Shown here: piece by piece, positions 32,291 to 41,858 of the stretch
How the letters are laid out: each line of letters opens with the position of its first letter
Numbering within the stretch: position 1 is the stretch's first letter
Assembly: GCA_963796275.1 (NCBI GenBank)
Contig: CAWCKY010000004.1
Span: 896,001-960,000 of the forward strand
DNA: 64,000 nucleotides
Direction: 5' to 3'
DNA from: an uncultured Acidobacteriota bacterium
Lineage (GTDB): Bacteria; Acidobacteriota; Blastocatellia; RBC074
Position numbers and translations under genes: made by a program
Notes under the pieces: generated by a model
Told to the model about the DNA's origin: nothing
Databases searched by the model: none
The model's input: only the letters and a program-made list of their open reading frames with translations

Positions 32291-32418
32291 ATAACCTTTA
32301 TTTTAGATTATTGCGTTGCTATCGCGCCGTAACAGGGCAGATCGAGATTTGCGACCATGACCAGGTTAAGCTTGGTTCCCCCCCATAGCTATAATCTCGT
32401 GCCCCTTATCCCCTCATA

Positions 32419-32468
32419 CCCGTTTGCCCTGTTGCCCTGTTGCCCCGCTTGCCCTGTTGCCCCGTTTG
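32419..32468. repeat. intergenic (GTTGCCCT/GTTTGCCCC)n tandem repeat
   Basis: cccgtttgccctgttgccctgttgccccgcttgccctgttgccccgtttg. Confidence 0.8.
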
Positions 32469-32548
32469 GGACGTCAAGTCGAAACTGGCAGCTATTGAAA
32501 CACGCTGTGAGACCTCAAATTTCAAATATCAAATCCTTCTTCCGAGAA

Positions 32549-33229
32549 TCATTCGTCAATGTATGTCACACCCAGTTCAGCCAGCTTAGCCCGCAGTCCG
32601 TAAAAATCTACTCCCAATTCGCCCGCGCGTAGTCGTTTGCGATTATTTTGCTCCTTCGCGATGCGCTCGGCGCCCAGTCGTGCAACCTCTCCGGCTTCTT
32701 CCCTTCTCACGACTACCACGCCATCCTGATCGCCAACGATGACGTCACCCGGCCTGACCGCCGCACCGGCGCAAACAACATCTATATTCACCGATCCGGG
32801 GCTGGCTTTGACGGCTCCCTGAGCCGAAATGGATTTCGCCCATACCGGAAAGCCCATCTCGATAATATCTGCGACATCGCGAACTCCCGCATCGATCACC
32901 AATCCGGCGATCGCGTGTGCCTGGCAGCTGGTCGCAAGCAGCTCGCCGAACATTCCGTCGGTCGATTCTGAAGTTGTGGCGACGACGAGGATGTCGCCGG
33001 GCCGGCAGACTTCGATCGCGGCATGGATCATCAGATTGTCCCCCGGCTGGCATGAGACCGTAACCGCAGTAGCGGCGATGCGCGCCGCCGGAGAGATCGG
33101 GCGCATGTACGGCCGCATTAATCCGGTGCGACCCTGCGCCTCGTGTACCGTGGCAACACCTTGATCGCCCAGCGTACGGATAATCTCCGTCTCAGCGCGT
33201 GAAATATTGCGAATAATCCGATGTTTCAT
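32549..33229 (-). CDS. galC: 4-carboxy-4-hydroxy-2-oxoadipate aldolase (GalC/LigK, RraA fold)
   Basis: GVATVHEAQGR, PGDNLMIH, GMFGELLA, DAGVRD, DFYGLRAKL. Confidence 0.88.
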   Translation of the reverse strand: MKHRIIRNISRAETEIIRTLGDQGVATVHEAQGRTGLMRPYMRPISPAARIAATAVTVSCQPGDNLMIHAAIEVCRPGDILVVATTSESTDGMFGELLATSCQAHAIAGLVIDAGVRDVADIIEMGFPVWAKSISAQGAVKASPGSVNIDVVCAGAAVRPGDVIVGDQDGVVVVRREEAGEVARLGAERIAKEQNNRKRLRAGELGVDFYGLRAKLAELGVTYIDE

Positions 33230-33951
33230 GACAGTTCGTCCGTGACCTGCGGATAGACCCGCTGAAACGCCTCGGCATACCTGATGCCCTTCTTACCCGA
33301 ATTGCGCACGGCCTGCGTGCCGCGCCGCAGCGCCAGTTGCGTGTAGTACTCCCACAGATGCTCCTGCGCCTCCATGCACTCCATCGCCATGCGCTTGCGA
33401 TCGAACACCGGAGTTATGTCGAGCAACACCTGCGGTTTGAACTCACACATCTCAGGTTGATGCGGTTCGAAAAGAAAAACGGGCGGCGCACCGATCTTCT
33501 TCGCCTCGCTCGGATAGCCCGCGGCCTGGGCATAAACGCGGGCATCCATTGTCAGACGCGCGGTCTCCGGATGATCGCCGTTGTAGGGATCGCTCAAGGT
33601 GTGCGTCAAAACGATCGTGGGCTGCGTCCGTCTGAATTCCTCGACGAGTTCCTCCACCAGTTCAGCAGACGGCCTGAGCGGATAATCCCCCGCGTCAAAA
33701 AACCTTATCTCTGCGCCGAGAATCTCTGCCGCGCGCTCGGCTTCCGAACGTCGCGCATGCTTCACCCGATCGATGGTCATTCCCGGCTCTCGCCACAAAC
33801 GCTCCGACTCGCCCCGTTCTCCGTATGACAGGCACAGTATGCGCACGCGGCAGCTGCGCGACTGATAAAGCGCGATCGCGCCGCCCGCACGCCAAACAAA
33901 ATCTGCGGCGTGCGCGCTCACTACCAGGACTGTGTCGGTCGCTTGATCCAT
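33226..33951 (-). CDS. galB: 4-oxalomesaconate hydratase (PIG-L family)
   Basis: VVSAHAADFVWRAGG, LSYGERGES, DPYNGDH, FEPHQPE, AQEHLWEYY; ATGA overlap with galC. Confidence 0.88.
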   Translation of the reverse strand: MDQATDTVLVVSAHAADFVWRAGGAIALYQSRSCRVRILCLSYGERGESERLWREPGMTIDRVKHARRSEAERAAEILGAEIRFFDAGDYPLRPSAELVEELVEEFRRTQPTIVLTHTLSDPYNGDHPETARLTMDARVYAQAAGYPSEAKKIGAPPVFLFEPHQPEMCEFKPQVLLDITPVFDRKRMAMECMEAQEHLWEYYTQLALRRGTQAVRNSGKKGIRYAEAFQRVYPQVTDELS

Positions 33952-33956
33952 AAATA

Positions 33957-34300
33957 GTTTTCAGTTTTCAGTTTTCAGTTGCCGATCGATACAGCTCGGC
34001 TAAAAACTAAAAACTGAAATAAACTGCTCAGCCTCTTCGCCGCGTTAGCGGCGATTGATTGTAGCCGTGGGTTTTAACCCACGGTGGCGGTAGATTTTTT
34101 TCACGTCGCGTCAGCGACGGTTGAATTCAGGCGTCGCTAACGCGACGCGGGAATAACCTCAAGCCTTCCGTGGGTTAAAACTACAATCACCGCCGCTGAC
34201 GCGGCGAAGTGACTTGGCAGTCACTTTCAGTTTTTAGTTTTCAGTTTTTAGTTCAGCAATGATTTCCCAACTGAAAACTAAAAACTGAATACTAAAAACT
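33957..34300. repeat. composite repeat block: two heptamer hairpins enclosing a ~175-bp REP-like palindrome
   Basis: (GTTTTCA)n arrays at 33957 and 34225; TTCGCCGCGTTAGCGGCG..CCGTGGGTTTTAACCCACGG..CGCCGCTGACGCGGCGAA. Confidence 0.85.
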
Positions 34301-34308
34301 ATCCTTCC

Positions 34309-35247
34309 CTACTTAACCAGTCCGGCTGGAATAGTAGCCGACATCGTTTGAATCTCGCCTGCGGTGAATCCGGCGCCGAGCAATTGCTGTGCAAACATTG
34401 CAAACCCCTCAGCGACGGGCGGATTGGTAGCCTGCCCCAGATCGGTTGAGAGCATGCTGCGAGAGATGCCAGTCTGTCTTATGTTGGCAAAAACGGATTC
34501 CCACGGCGCCTTGTTAGTGTAGTACGTGGTAAAACAATGCTCAATGATAGCTCCCAGTTGTGCGAGATCGGCCTGTTCATTACCGGTGAGGTTCTGGGAG
34601 GGGAATTCAGCATGCGTAACGATGATCTTCTTGACGCCCAATTCCCGCGCCGCACGAACGAGCGGGAATATCTCGTGGCGGCCCAAATGTCCCGTCGCCA
34701 GAATCATGTCGTACTTCGCGATGAGCTCGAGACATTGGCGCGTTTCATTTGATATGTTTTCATCGGCATCCAGAACGGTTATCGGAGGGCGCGTTATGCC
34801 GGCAGCCGCAATCTCCCGCTGTATCTTCGCCCAGAACGGCAGCTTCTCATTTCCCCCGCCGGGACGGCCCGCCGTCTCATTTGCCGCATCGACTGTCGGG
34901 AACCAGACTATCTTGTTGCCCGACCGCCCCGCGATCTCCAGCGCTACCGGGTTAAGCCCCCCGACGCTGTGATTGAGCGCGATGGCGCCGTAGGATTCGA
35001 TACCGGGAACCGCGCGCGCCACGACTTTCGCCCTCTCGGCTGTCGGAATGTAATGCGACTTCAAAACGAAACCGCGCAGGCCGCGCGCGAGGAAGTCTTT
35101 TGCCAGATCTACGTCATCCGTCCGACGCTCGATCACGTCCGGCGCCACGTGCACCTGCAGATCGAATGCCCCCTCGATCGCTCTCCACGCCTCATCAGTG
35201 CAAGATGTCACTGTGCCGGATTTTTCACCGGCTATTTCTGTGCTCAT
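34309..35247 (-). CDS. amidohydrolase-superfamily protein (DUF6282-like)
   Basis: DLQVHVAPD, LKSH, ATGH, VTH, STDLGQ metal-ligand pattern. Confidence 0.8.
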   Translation of the reverse strand: MSTEIAGEKSGTVTSCTDEAWRAIEGAFDLQVHVAPDVIERRTDDVDLAKDFLARGLRGFVLKSHYIPTAERAKVVARAVPGIESYGAIALNHSVGGLNPVALEIAGRSGNKIVWFPTVDAANETAGRPGGGNEKLPFWAKIQREIAAAGITRPPITVLDADENISNETRQCLELIAKYDMILATGHLGRHEIFPLVRAARELGVKKIIVTHAEFPSQNLTGNEQADLAQLGAIIEHCFTTYYTNKAPWESVFANIRQTGISRSMLSTDLGQATNPPVAEGFAMFAQQLLGAGFTAGEIQTMSATIPAGLVK

Positions 35248-35292
35248 AATTCCTTCCGAATTAATCGATAATGAATGTCAGCGAATGCCCAG

Positions 35293-35321
35293 AGTATGCT
35301 AACCATAGGTCCGGGTGTCAA
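35293..35321 (-). promoter_or_regulatory. sigma-70 promoter of the catabolic operon
   Basis: TTGACA-N17-CATACT on the minus strand. Confidence 0.7.
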
Positions 35322-35404
35322 GTTTTATTGATCAGATCTGTCATATCAGATTCACACAACTTACACCGGCGTATATTTGTGTACCGTACGATTGCGGCCC
35401 CGTG

Positions 35405-35418
35405 TTTGATATATCAAA
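35405..35418. promoter_or_regulatory. putative GntR operator
   Basis: perfect palindrome TTTGATATATCAAA between divergent promoters (second promoter TTGACA-N18-CATACT at 35431-35460). Confidence 0.55.
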
Positions 35419-35565
35419 ATTTGAAATCCTTGACACATCAGCAGATATGCGGGCATACTCCGGGCAATGATCAAACTCGGCATATTATTTTTAGCAGATC
35501 GCTGAAAATGAAGCGGGCACGGGTCATCGGAACAGGTCGGTAGCGGGCCGATAGAGACAAAGAGT

Positions 35566-36300
35566 ATGGCAGACAACCAAGAGACGAACAGCCTGGCTGG
35601 CGAGGCTTATGTTATTTTGCGCGAGCGGATATTGCGGGGCGAATTGCCGATAGGAAAAGTTATCTCGCGCCGTAAACTCGCCGCCGAGCTCGGGATGAGC
35701 CTATTACCTGTATCCGAGGCGTTTTTGCGTCTGGAGTTTGAAGGGTTGCTCGAGAGTCGCCCGCGCGCCGGCACGAGAGTCAGGATACCGACCGAACAGG
35801 ACGTGCGCGGACACTACGTTGTCCGAGAAGCTCTGGAGGCCGAGGCCGCCAGGCTTTTCGCCGCAACCGCTTCCGGGCAGGAGCGGGCGGAGATGCAGAG
35901 ACTGGCGGCGCGCGTCGACGCCTTATCGACCCAGACCGGTGGCAACCGGTTTCTTTATTTGAATATGCACGAGAAGCTCCATCGCCGCATTGCAGAGTGC
36001 ACCCGCTGCCAGCCCTTGTGCGACGCCATCGAGAAAAATCATGTCCTGGCATCGACCTGGTTATGCGTCACACGGCAGCCATCGCCCGGCGAGTCTCCGC
36101 GGCGCCATCAAAACTTGATTGAGGTGCTGATCGAAGGTGACCCGCTGACCGCCTCCGAAGCGATGCGCTCACACATCAATGCCGCTCTCCAGAATACCCT
36201 GCATCGACTGGAGCCCTATTTTCAACTGCGTGAAGCGAGTGTGAATACTTATGCCAGGAGCCACAATTCACGAAGTCTGAAGAAGTCAAAATCATTTTAA
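35566..36300 (+). CDS. GntR (FCD) family transcriptional regulator
   Basis: LAAELGMSLLPVSEA HTH and FCD-like C-terminal domain. Confidence 0.92.
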   Translation: MADNQETNSLAGEAYVILRERILRGELPIGKVISRRKLAAELGMSLLPVSEAFLRLEFEGLLESRPRAGTRVRIPTEQDVRGHYVVREALEAEAARLFAATASGQERAEMQRLAARVDALSTQTGGNRFLYLNMHEKLHRRIAECTRCQPLCDAIEKNHVLASTWLCVTRQPSPGESPRRHQNLIEVLIEGDPLTASEAMRSHINAALQNTLHRLEPYFQLREASVNTYARSHNSRSLKKSKSF

Positions 36301-36391
36301 ATTTTACATTTTACATTCGTCATTTGTTATTGACTCCAGTAGCCGGCAATTCAATGATAAATGTAAAATTTAAAATGTAAAATTTAAAATC
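36294..36391. repeat. palindromic element (right copy, inverted relative to 24661)
   Basis: reverse complement matches the 24709-24756 core at 41 of 48 nt. Confidence 0.85.
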
Positions 36392-36392
36392 T

Positions 36393-36698
36393 TCAGTTCT
36401 TGAGCGGGCGGCCTATCTTCTTCTCCACTGAGGCGACATTGCTCGTGAGTTTGTTTCGCTCTCCTTCATCATCTTCGATCTTGATATGAGTTATTACGTG
36501 GGGCGAGAGCCGGCGGACTCGCTCATGACAGTCGCGAATGAGCGGCATCACTTCGTCCCATTCCCCTTCAATCAAAGTGGCGGAAGCTGTCAGTTGATAT
36601 GGCAGTCCTGAACCGTCTATCAACTCGAGCGCTTTTGCGATCTCTCCGCTCACATGGGGGTCGCCGCCCAGCGGCACGATGCTCAATTCTACTAACAT
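36393..36698 (-). CDS. MTH1187/YkoF thiamine-binding family protein
   Basis: ELSIVPLG, TLIEGEWDEV, KIED. Confidence 0.9.
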   Translation of the reverse strand: MLVELSIVPLGGDPHVSGEIAKALELIDGSGLPYQLTASATLIEGEWDEVMPLIRDCHERVRRLSPHVITHIKIEDDEGERNKLTSNVASVEKKIGRPLKN

Positions 36699-36846
36699 AG
36701 GTTATACCTCTTGAAATTGTCGGCAGTATCGCCGTGGTATTCGCACTACAAATGCGATGGCAGACTGAGCGTCAGAATTTATTGCCTTTTCCCATCACCG
36801 GGAACAGACATCGGTCAGAATAGTCTGTCCCACCTGGTCGCGGATA

Positions 36847-37842
36847 CTACAAACCTGTTATCGGATTGTTCCATCCAGCGATGAGAGCGCGTCCTGCTTT
36901 GATCTCTGCGATGTTGATGGCGAACATATCGGTCATTGTTACACGCTCGAGCATCCTCCTAAGTATTCGCTCGTCGAGCATTGCTACATCGACCCCGCTT
37001 TCCCCCAATTCCAGCCGCAATTCCTCAACCTGATTGGCGCTCCTTTGGTAAACATCGGGATAAAGATGCAGCACTCCACCCTCAACAACCTGCGTGTCGT
37101 AGTTAATATCGACCCAGACGGGAGGATCGATTTTCACGGCGAGCCGATCGGTGCTCATCTTCGCCTGCTCGATCTGCTCGTGCGTCACGGGCATCCCGCG
37201 CGCAATGACGAGCTTCTCGGTAAGATCGAAGATATCTTCGGTCAACATCCGCACGCAGCCGTGCGAAACCAGTCGCCCTATATCTGAGGGCTGGGCCGCC
37301 TGATGAATGAGAATCCCACCGCCAAGCGGGATTTTGATTTTGCCGAGCGGATTACGCAGATCATCGGCTTCAATGCGCTCCCCCACCTCGACATCTCCTG
37401 TTTCCTCCACCCAGGAACTGTCAGGCGGTATCCATTCGGGATTCCAGATGATCTCCGTCGCCTTGCGCTCGCCGGTCGGTAACGGGAAGCTGCTGCGGCC
37501 GATCCCGATCTGATAGGTTTTGACCTCTTTTCCGTTCTGCCACATTGTCAGCCGAAACGCGGGTATATCGACTGTAATCCAAACGCGCCGATCGCCTGCG
37601 ATGAGCGGCGTTTTCTCGATACTTCCACCAGTCAGTCGATCGGAGCGCTCCGATTCGTTCGTCTCCAACGACTTGCCGATGCTGTCGAACGGTATCGAGC
37701 CTCCCCATAAAGCAGGTTGTCCCGATGGCCTGGATTCGATCGATGGCCCGCTATCCTCACGATCCGATTTGCCGCATCCGATCGCACTCATCCATATAAG
37801 AATCGCGCCGATCAGCGCAATATATTTAGAGTTTATCGTCAT
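36847..37842 (-). CDS. L,D-transpeptidase (YkuD) lipoprotein
   Basis: lipobox AIGC, NPEWIPP, NPLG, ILIH..SHGCVRM. Confidence 0.9.
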   Translation of the reverse strand: MTINSKYIALIGAILIWMSAIGCGKSDREDSGPSIESRPSGQPALWGGSIPFDSIGKSLETNESERSDRLTGGSIEKTPLIAGDRRVWITVDIPAFRLTMWQNGKEVKTYQIGIGRSSFPLPTGERKATEIIWNPEWIPPDSSWVEETGDVEVGERIEADDLRNPLGKIKIPLGGGILIHQAAQPSDIGRLVSHGCVRMLTEDIFDLTEKLVIARGMPVTHEQIEQAKMSTDRLAVKIDPPVWVDINYDTQVVEGGVLHLYPDVYQRSANQVEELRLELGESGVDVAMLDERILRRMLERVTMTDMFAINIAEIKAGRALIAGWNNPITGL

Positions 37843-38030
37843 GATCAAATATATATTTCCAGTATTATCCATACTGATAATCCATGCATCGATCCTTGCC
37901 GACCGCTTAAGAACATATACTGTCTGCTTCCCTAAATCCAATGCATGTGCATCAGTATAATTTCCGTGTACCCCTTATAGACAGTCTCCGTTCCACTTAA
38001 AAACACAATCGATCGGTCGTTGTATTTCTG

Positions 38031-38048
38031 TTGCAATGCTCATACCTG
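38031..38048 (-). promoter_or_regulatory. possible sigma-54 promoter of the L,D-transpeptidase
   Basis: AGGTATGAGCATTGCA (GG-N10-GC). Confidence 0.4.
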
Positions 38049-38360
38049 TTCAAATAACCAAATGGTATGGCGATCTATGACTGATTAACATACGTCGGCG
38101 AATTCGATTTCTCCATACGATCATATCGATTACTATCGATATCTTAAATGCTACATGGGCATGCAATACCGTATGGACTGAATCGAATCGAAGTGAACAC
38201 GCCTTGATATATCACAGGTCCTACTTGCCGTTTCTGTATGTTTAACTTCCATTAACATACGAATCATCATCCAGGCATACCAAGTGCGTAAGATATGTTA
38301 TCCCTGAATCCTTCAGAGTTAAATTACCTCCTTCCAGACGTTATCAATGGAGAAGAATTC

Positions 38361-38768
38361 ATGCTGAAGAAAATAATTATACGGCTGATCTATGCCGTTA
38401 TTTCTGCAACGATTCTTTCCCTTATCGGTAATTACCTCAGCTCGAGACTTGAACGCCTGCCGCGCATCCTGCGTGACAGCCGGTTCTCAGGGAGCAATCA
38501 GAAGTCAAGAGAGCATGGTACACGAGAAAATCTCGAGACAACCGATTGCAAGCCTATCGATGAATGCAAACGATTACGGAAAGAAACGCGCCCGCGTAAG
38601 AGCGGTTCTCGTAGCCAACGCAAAAGCCGCGCGATTGAGCAGAACCGGTGCAATCGAGCGGGTGAGATAAAAGGTCAGCCGAAATCGCAACGAGAATGCC
38701 GCAGCCGAAATGGGCGCAACATCTCCGATACGAATGTCAAGGATCGCGCCGCTTCAACACGCCGTTAA
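38361..38768 (+). CDS. hypothetical basic protein with N-terminal TM
   Basis: GGAG RBS, hydrophobic N-terminus. Confidence 0.45.
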   Translation: MLKKIIIRLIYAVISATILSLIGNYLSSRLERLPRILRDSRFSGSNQKSREHGTRENLETTDCKPIDECKRLRKETRPRKSGSRSQRKSRAIEQNRCNRAGEIKGQPKSQRECRSRNGRNISDTNVKDRAASTRR

Positions 38769-38914
38769 AAATGAAATTGAAATAACTTTCTCCGGGCTAT
38801 ATACTTTTTGAAATTCGTTGATCCCCCATTCAGAAAAGTAAATTAGCCGAGTGAATGAATATTTGCGCAGACAAGCTTCCGGCAGAGATTGAACATCTCT
38901 AGATGTAGGTAGAC

Positions 38915-39811
38915 TTGGAAACAACAAAGCGACAACAGGCGCGAGTTTTGTCCTTCGTCAACCAGAAAGGTGGGACGGGCAAAACCACCTTGGCGCAAAA
39001 TCTAGCGGCGTGTTTGGGCCTCCTTCACGACAAACGCGTGCTCTGCATCGATCTCGATACCCAGGGAAATTTCGGACAGGGATTGACTAAGAATGAGCTC
39101 AGCAGTCCGAAAACCGCTGATCGTTTGCTCGTTGTTCCCAAAGTCAACATTTCCGAATACATCACCCCCTTACGCCCGAAGATCGACCTGGTCCATAATT
39201 TTTTTCAGAAAGAACTGCATGAGACGGTTGAGGGGTTACCTCTTTACCCGGACTTATTGCGGAGAAAGCTGGCCCAGGCGATGGCGGAGTATGATTACAT
39301 TATGATCGACACGCCGGCAGGGTTGTGTAAATCGACGCAGATCGGCATTGATGCATCCGATCAAGTTATCCTGGTGGTTTCCTGCGGGATCTACGGGCTA
39401 AAAGGAATGGTTGCGGTGGTCGATTGGATGAAAGGGACCTGTACCCGTCTCGGCAAACAGATGCCGCAAACCAAGGTTGTGTTAAACAACTATGACGACC
39501 GACGCCGTTACGACCGTGAATTTAAACAGGAGGTCCAACAGATCTTCGGCGATGACCTCTATCAGACGCAGGTCCGCAACAGCACCAGGGTTGCCGAAGC
39601 TGCAGCTTCGGGAATGGGAGTGATCGAGTACAATAACAACGCCCCGGTAGCCGGAGATTTCAAGCGTCTCAGCCGTGAAATTCTCGGCTTACCGCCCGAA
39701 CATCAAGCTCCCGCGGAACCGTACAATGACGAGGAAGAAATTGGTGAAGAAGTTCCTCAGGAAAAAGATCACGAACGCGAACAGGACTTAGAGTCTCAAC
39801 CTATTTCCTAG
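38915..39811 (+). CDS. ParA/Soj family ATPase
   Basis: NQKGGTGKTT deviant Walker A, IDLDTQGN, IMIDTP. Confidence 0.92.
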   Translation: METTKRQQARVLSFVNQKGGTGKTTLAQNLAACLGLLHDKRVLCIDLDTQGNFGQGLTKNELSSPKTADRLLVVPKVNISEYITPLRPKIDLVHNFFQKELHETVEGLPLYPDLLRRKLAQAMAEYDYIMIDTPAGLCKSTQIGIDASDQVILVVSCGIYGLKGMVAVVDWMKGTCTRLGKQMPQTKVVLNNYDDRRRYDREFKQEVQQIFGDDLYQTQVRNSTRVAEAAASGMGVIEYNNNAPVAGDFKRLSREILGLPPEHQAPAEPYNDEEEIGEEVPQEKDHEREQDLESQPIS

Positions 39812-40541
39812 CAAAATAGAACATTCGCCCATCGCTCAAATTAAACCCGAATTCTCGCCGCGCATCATATGTGCTGACACGGCTGAAGCCCGCATCGGCG
39901 AGGGCACTGAGCACCTCTACTGTGTCGTAATAACGCTGAAAGAGGGTGAGGTCCGATCGGCGCCAGCATTCATCGTCTTTGATAAACATCGTGACCTCAT
40001 ACTTTTTCAACTTCTCCTGCTGATCATAACTGGTACGCACTATCAAAGCGTGATCATCTCCGACCAGATCGAGCGTATTTCCCAGAATTTCCTCCTCATC
40101 TTCCACGTTCATATCGAAAAGAAAGACGCCATCATCGAGCATGACGGAATGAACTCTGGAAAAAACTACCGCCAACTCTTCGATCTTCATTATATGATTG
40201 AGGCTATCGAAGGCTGATATTACGGCTTGAAAAACCTTGGGCAACTCGAAAGAGCGAGCGTCCGCATGAATGAACTCAGCTCCAGGCGCATTTGCGCGCG
40301 CGAACGTCAACATACCCTCCGAGCCGTCGATGCCGGTAACTTGATATCCGCGCTCGCTCAGGCCTGCGGCTATGTGGCCGGTTCCGCAACAGAGGTCGAG
40401 CACTCGGCAGTCCGGGCTGATGTGCGGAAAGAGCAGGACGTTGAAAATAGCCATGGCGGGACGGCTATATTCACCACCCCAATATTCATTGTAGAACCAC
40501 GCAAAGCGATCGTATTCGGAAAATACCTCTTCAACTCTCAT
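39801..40541 (-). CDS. class I SAM-dependent methyltransferase
   Basis: VLDLCCGTG, FDSLNH. Confidence 0.92.
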   Translation of the reverse strand: MRVEEVFSEYDRFAWFYNEYWGGEYSRPAMAIFNVLLFPHISPDCRVLDLCCGTGHIAAGLSERGYQVTGIDGSEGMLTFARANAPGAEFIHADARSFELPKVFQAVISAFDSLNHIMKIEELAVVFSRVHSVMLDDGVFLFDMNVEDEEEILGNTLDLVGDDHALIVRTSYDQQEKLKKYEVTMFIKDDECWRRSDLTLFQRYYDTVEVLSALADAGFSRVSTYDARREFGFNLSDGRMFYFARK

Positions 40542-40580
40542 CTATTGATCTTCAGATAATCAGCTTTCACCAACCAAATC

Positions 40581-40792
40581 AGCCCACGGAGTGGCGGGAG
40601 ACTCCAGTCCAGGGTGGAACCGAAGGCGGAACCCTGGGTTGTGTGTCTCATCAGGTCGTGCGAGCCCGCGAAGTGGGCGATAGACCTCAAGGTTGTAGGC
40701 GTTGATCCAAACTCTGTCGCCCATATTCATGGGTTTCAAACTATATCACGAGCATACCCTGGGCTAGATTCTTCCGCCCGCTTCACGAACTG
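40581..40792. repeat. REP-like palindromic element
   Basis: AGCCCACGGAGTGGCG..CCAGGGT..ACCCTGGG..AGCCCGCGAAGTGGGCGA; same family as 58096. Confidence 0.75.
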
Positions 40793-40952
40793 ATCTGTGA
40801 AAAATTTTTGGGTAAGTGTCGAACCTGAATGTCAATAGGCGAGAGTCTACGGCCCGATGATTCCGCTGAGCAACGGATCGACAAAAAAATGCTGGACGCT
40901 GCGGGAAGATGGCAAGTAAAATCAGAAGCCCCTCCATCCACGAGGCCCAGAT

Positions 40953-41741
40953 ATGAATTTAACCAACAAAGTCGTGATCGTCACCGGCGGCTCGAACGGC
41001 ATCGGGCGCGCTTTATCAAAGCGGTTCGCCGCCGAAGGCGCGCGTGCCGTGGTAATCGCCGATATCGATATTGACAAAGCGAAGCAGATCGCCGCAGAGA
41101 TAGGCGGTCACGCCGTCAAGACCGATGTCGGCAACGAAGCGGAAATGAAAGATCTTGTCGAAAAAACAACCGAAAACTTCGGGAGCATCGATCTCTTCTG
41201 CTCGAACGCGGGCATCGGAGGCGTTCCCGGTTTCGCAGAAGTCGAAAAGCAAGCCTGGCAACACATCTGGGAAGTAAACGTGATGTCGCACATCTTCGCC
41301 GCGCGCGCTGTCTTACCCCAGATGATCGCCCGCGGCGAGGGCTACCTGCTCAACACCGCCTCGGCAGCCGGCCTCCTGACGCAGATCGGCTCTGCCGCAT
41401 ATTCGGTGACAAAACACGCCGCGCTGGCTTTCGCCGAATGGTTGGCGATCACCTACGGCGACCGCGGGATCAAAGTCTCGTGTCTGTGCCCGCAAGGCGT
41501 GCGGACCGACCTGCTGGATAAAGCAACCGAAAAAGGGTCGAATACTTTTTTGCTCGAAGGGGTGATCGAACCGGAAGACGTCGCCGCCGCGGTCGTCAAA
41601 GGGCTGGCCGAGGAAAAGTTCCTTATTCTGCCTCATCCTATCGTAGCAACTTATTTTCAAAACAAGGCGAACGATTACGACCGGTGGCTGCGTGGCATGC
41701 GCCGGTTACAGGCGAAAGAGTCGGCCGCCAAGTCAGAGTAA
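40953..41741 (+). CDS. SDR oxidoreductase
   Basis: [18 protein letters not shown]. Confidence 0.93.
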   Translation: MNLTNKVVIVTGGSNGIGRALSKRFAAEGARAVVIADIDIDKAKQIAAEIGGHAVKTDVGNEAEMKDLVEKTTENFGSIDLFCSNAGIGGVPGFAEVEKQAWQHIWEVNVMSHIFAARAVLPQMIARGEGYLLNTASAAGLLTQIGSAAYSVTKHAALAFAEWLAITYGDRGIKVSCLCPQGVRTDLLDKATEKGSNTFLLEGVIEPEDVAAAVVKGLAEEKFLILPHPIVATYFQNKANDYDRWLRGMRRLQAKESAAKSE

Positions 41742-41751
41742 TCGAGAAGAT

Positions 41752-41836
41752 ATTCACCACAAAAACCACATAGACCATAGAATAGAGAATAATGTTATCC
41801 TTCTGTTTCATTGTATTTGTGAATTTCGTGGTGAAT
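41752..41836. repeat. REP-like hairpin
   Basis: ATTCACCAC ... GTGGTGAAT. Confidence 0.6.
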
Positions 41837-41858
41837 CGTCCATCACTGGGGACTGGAA

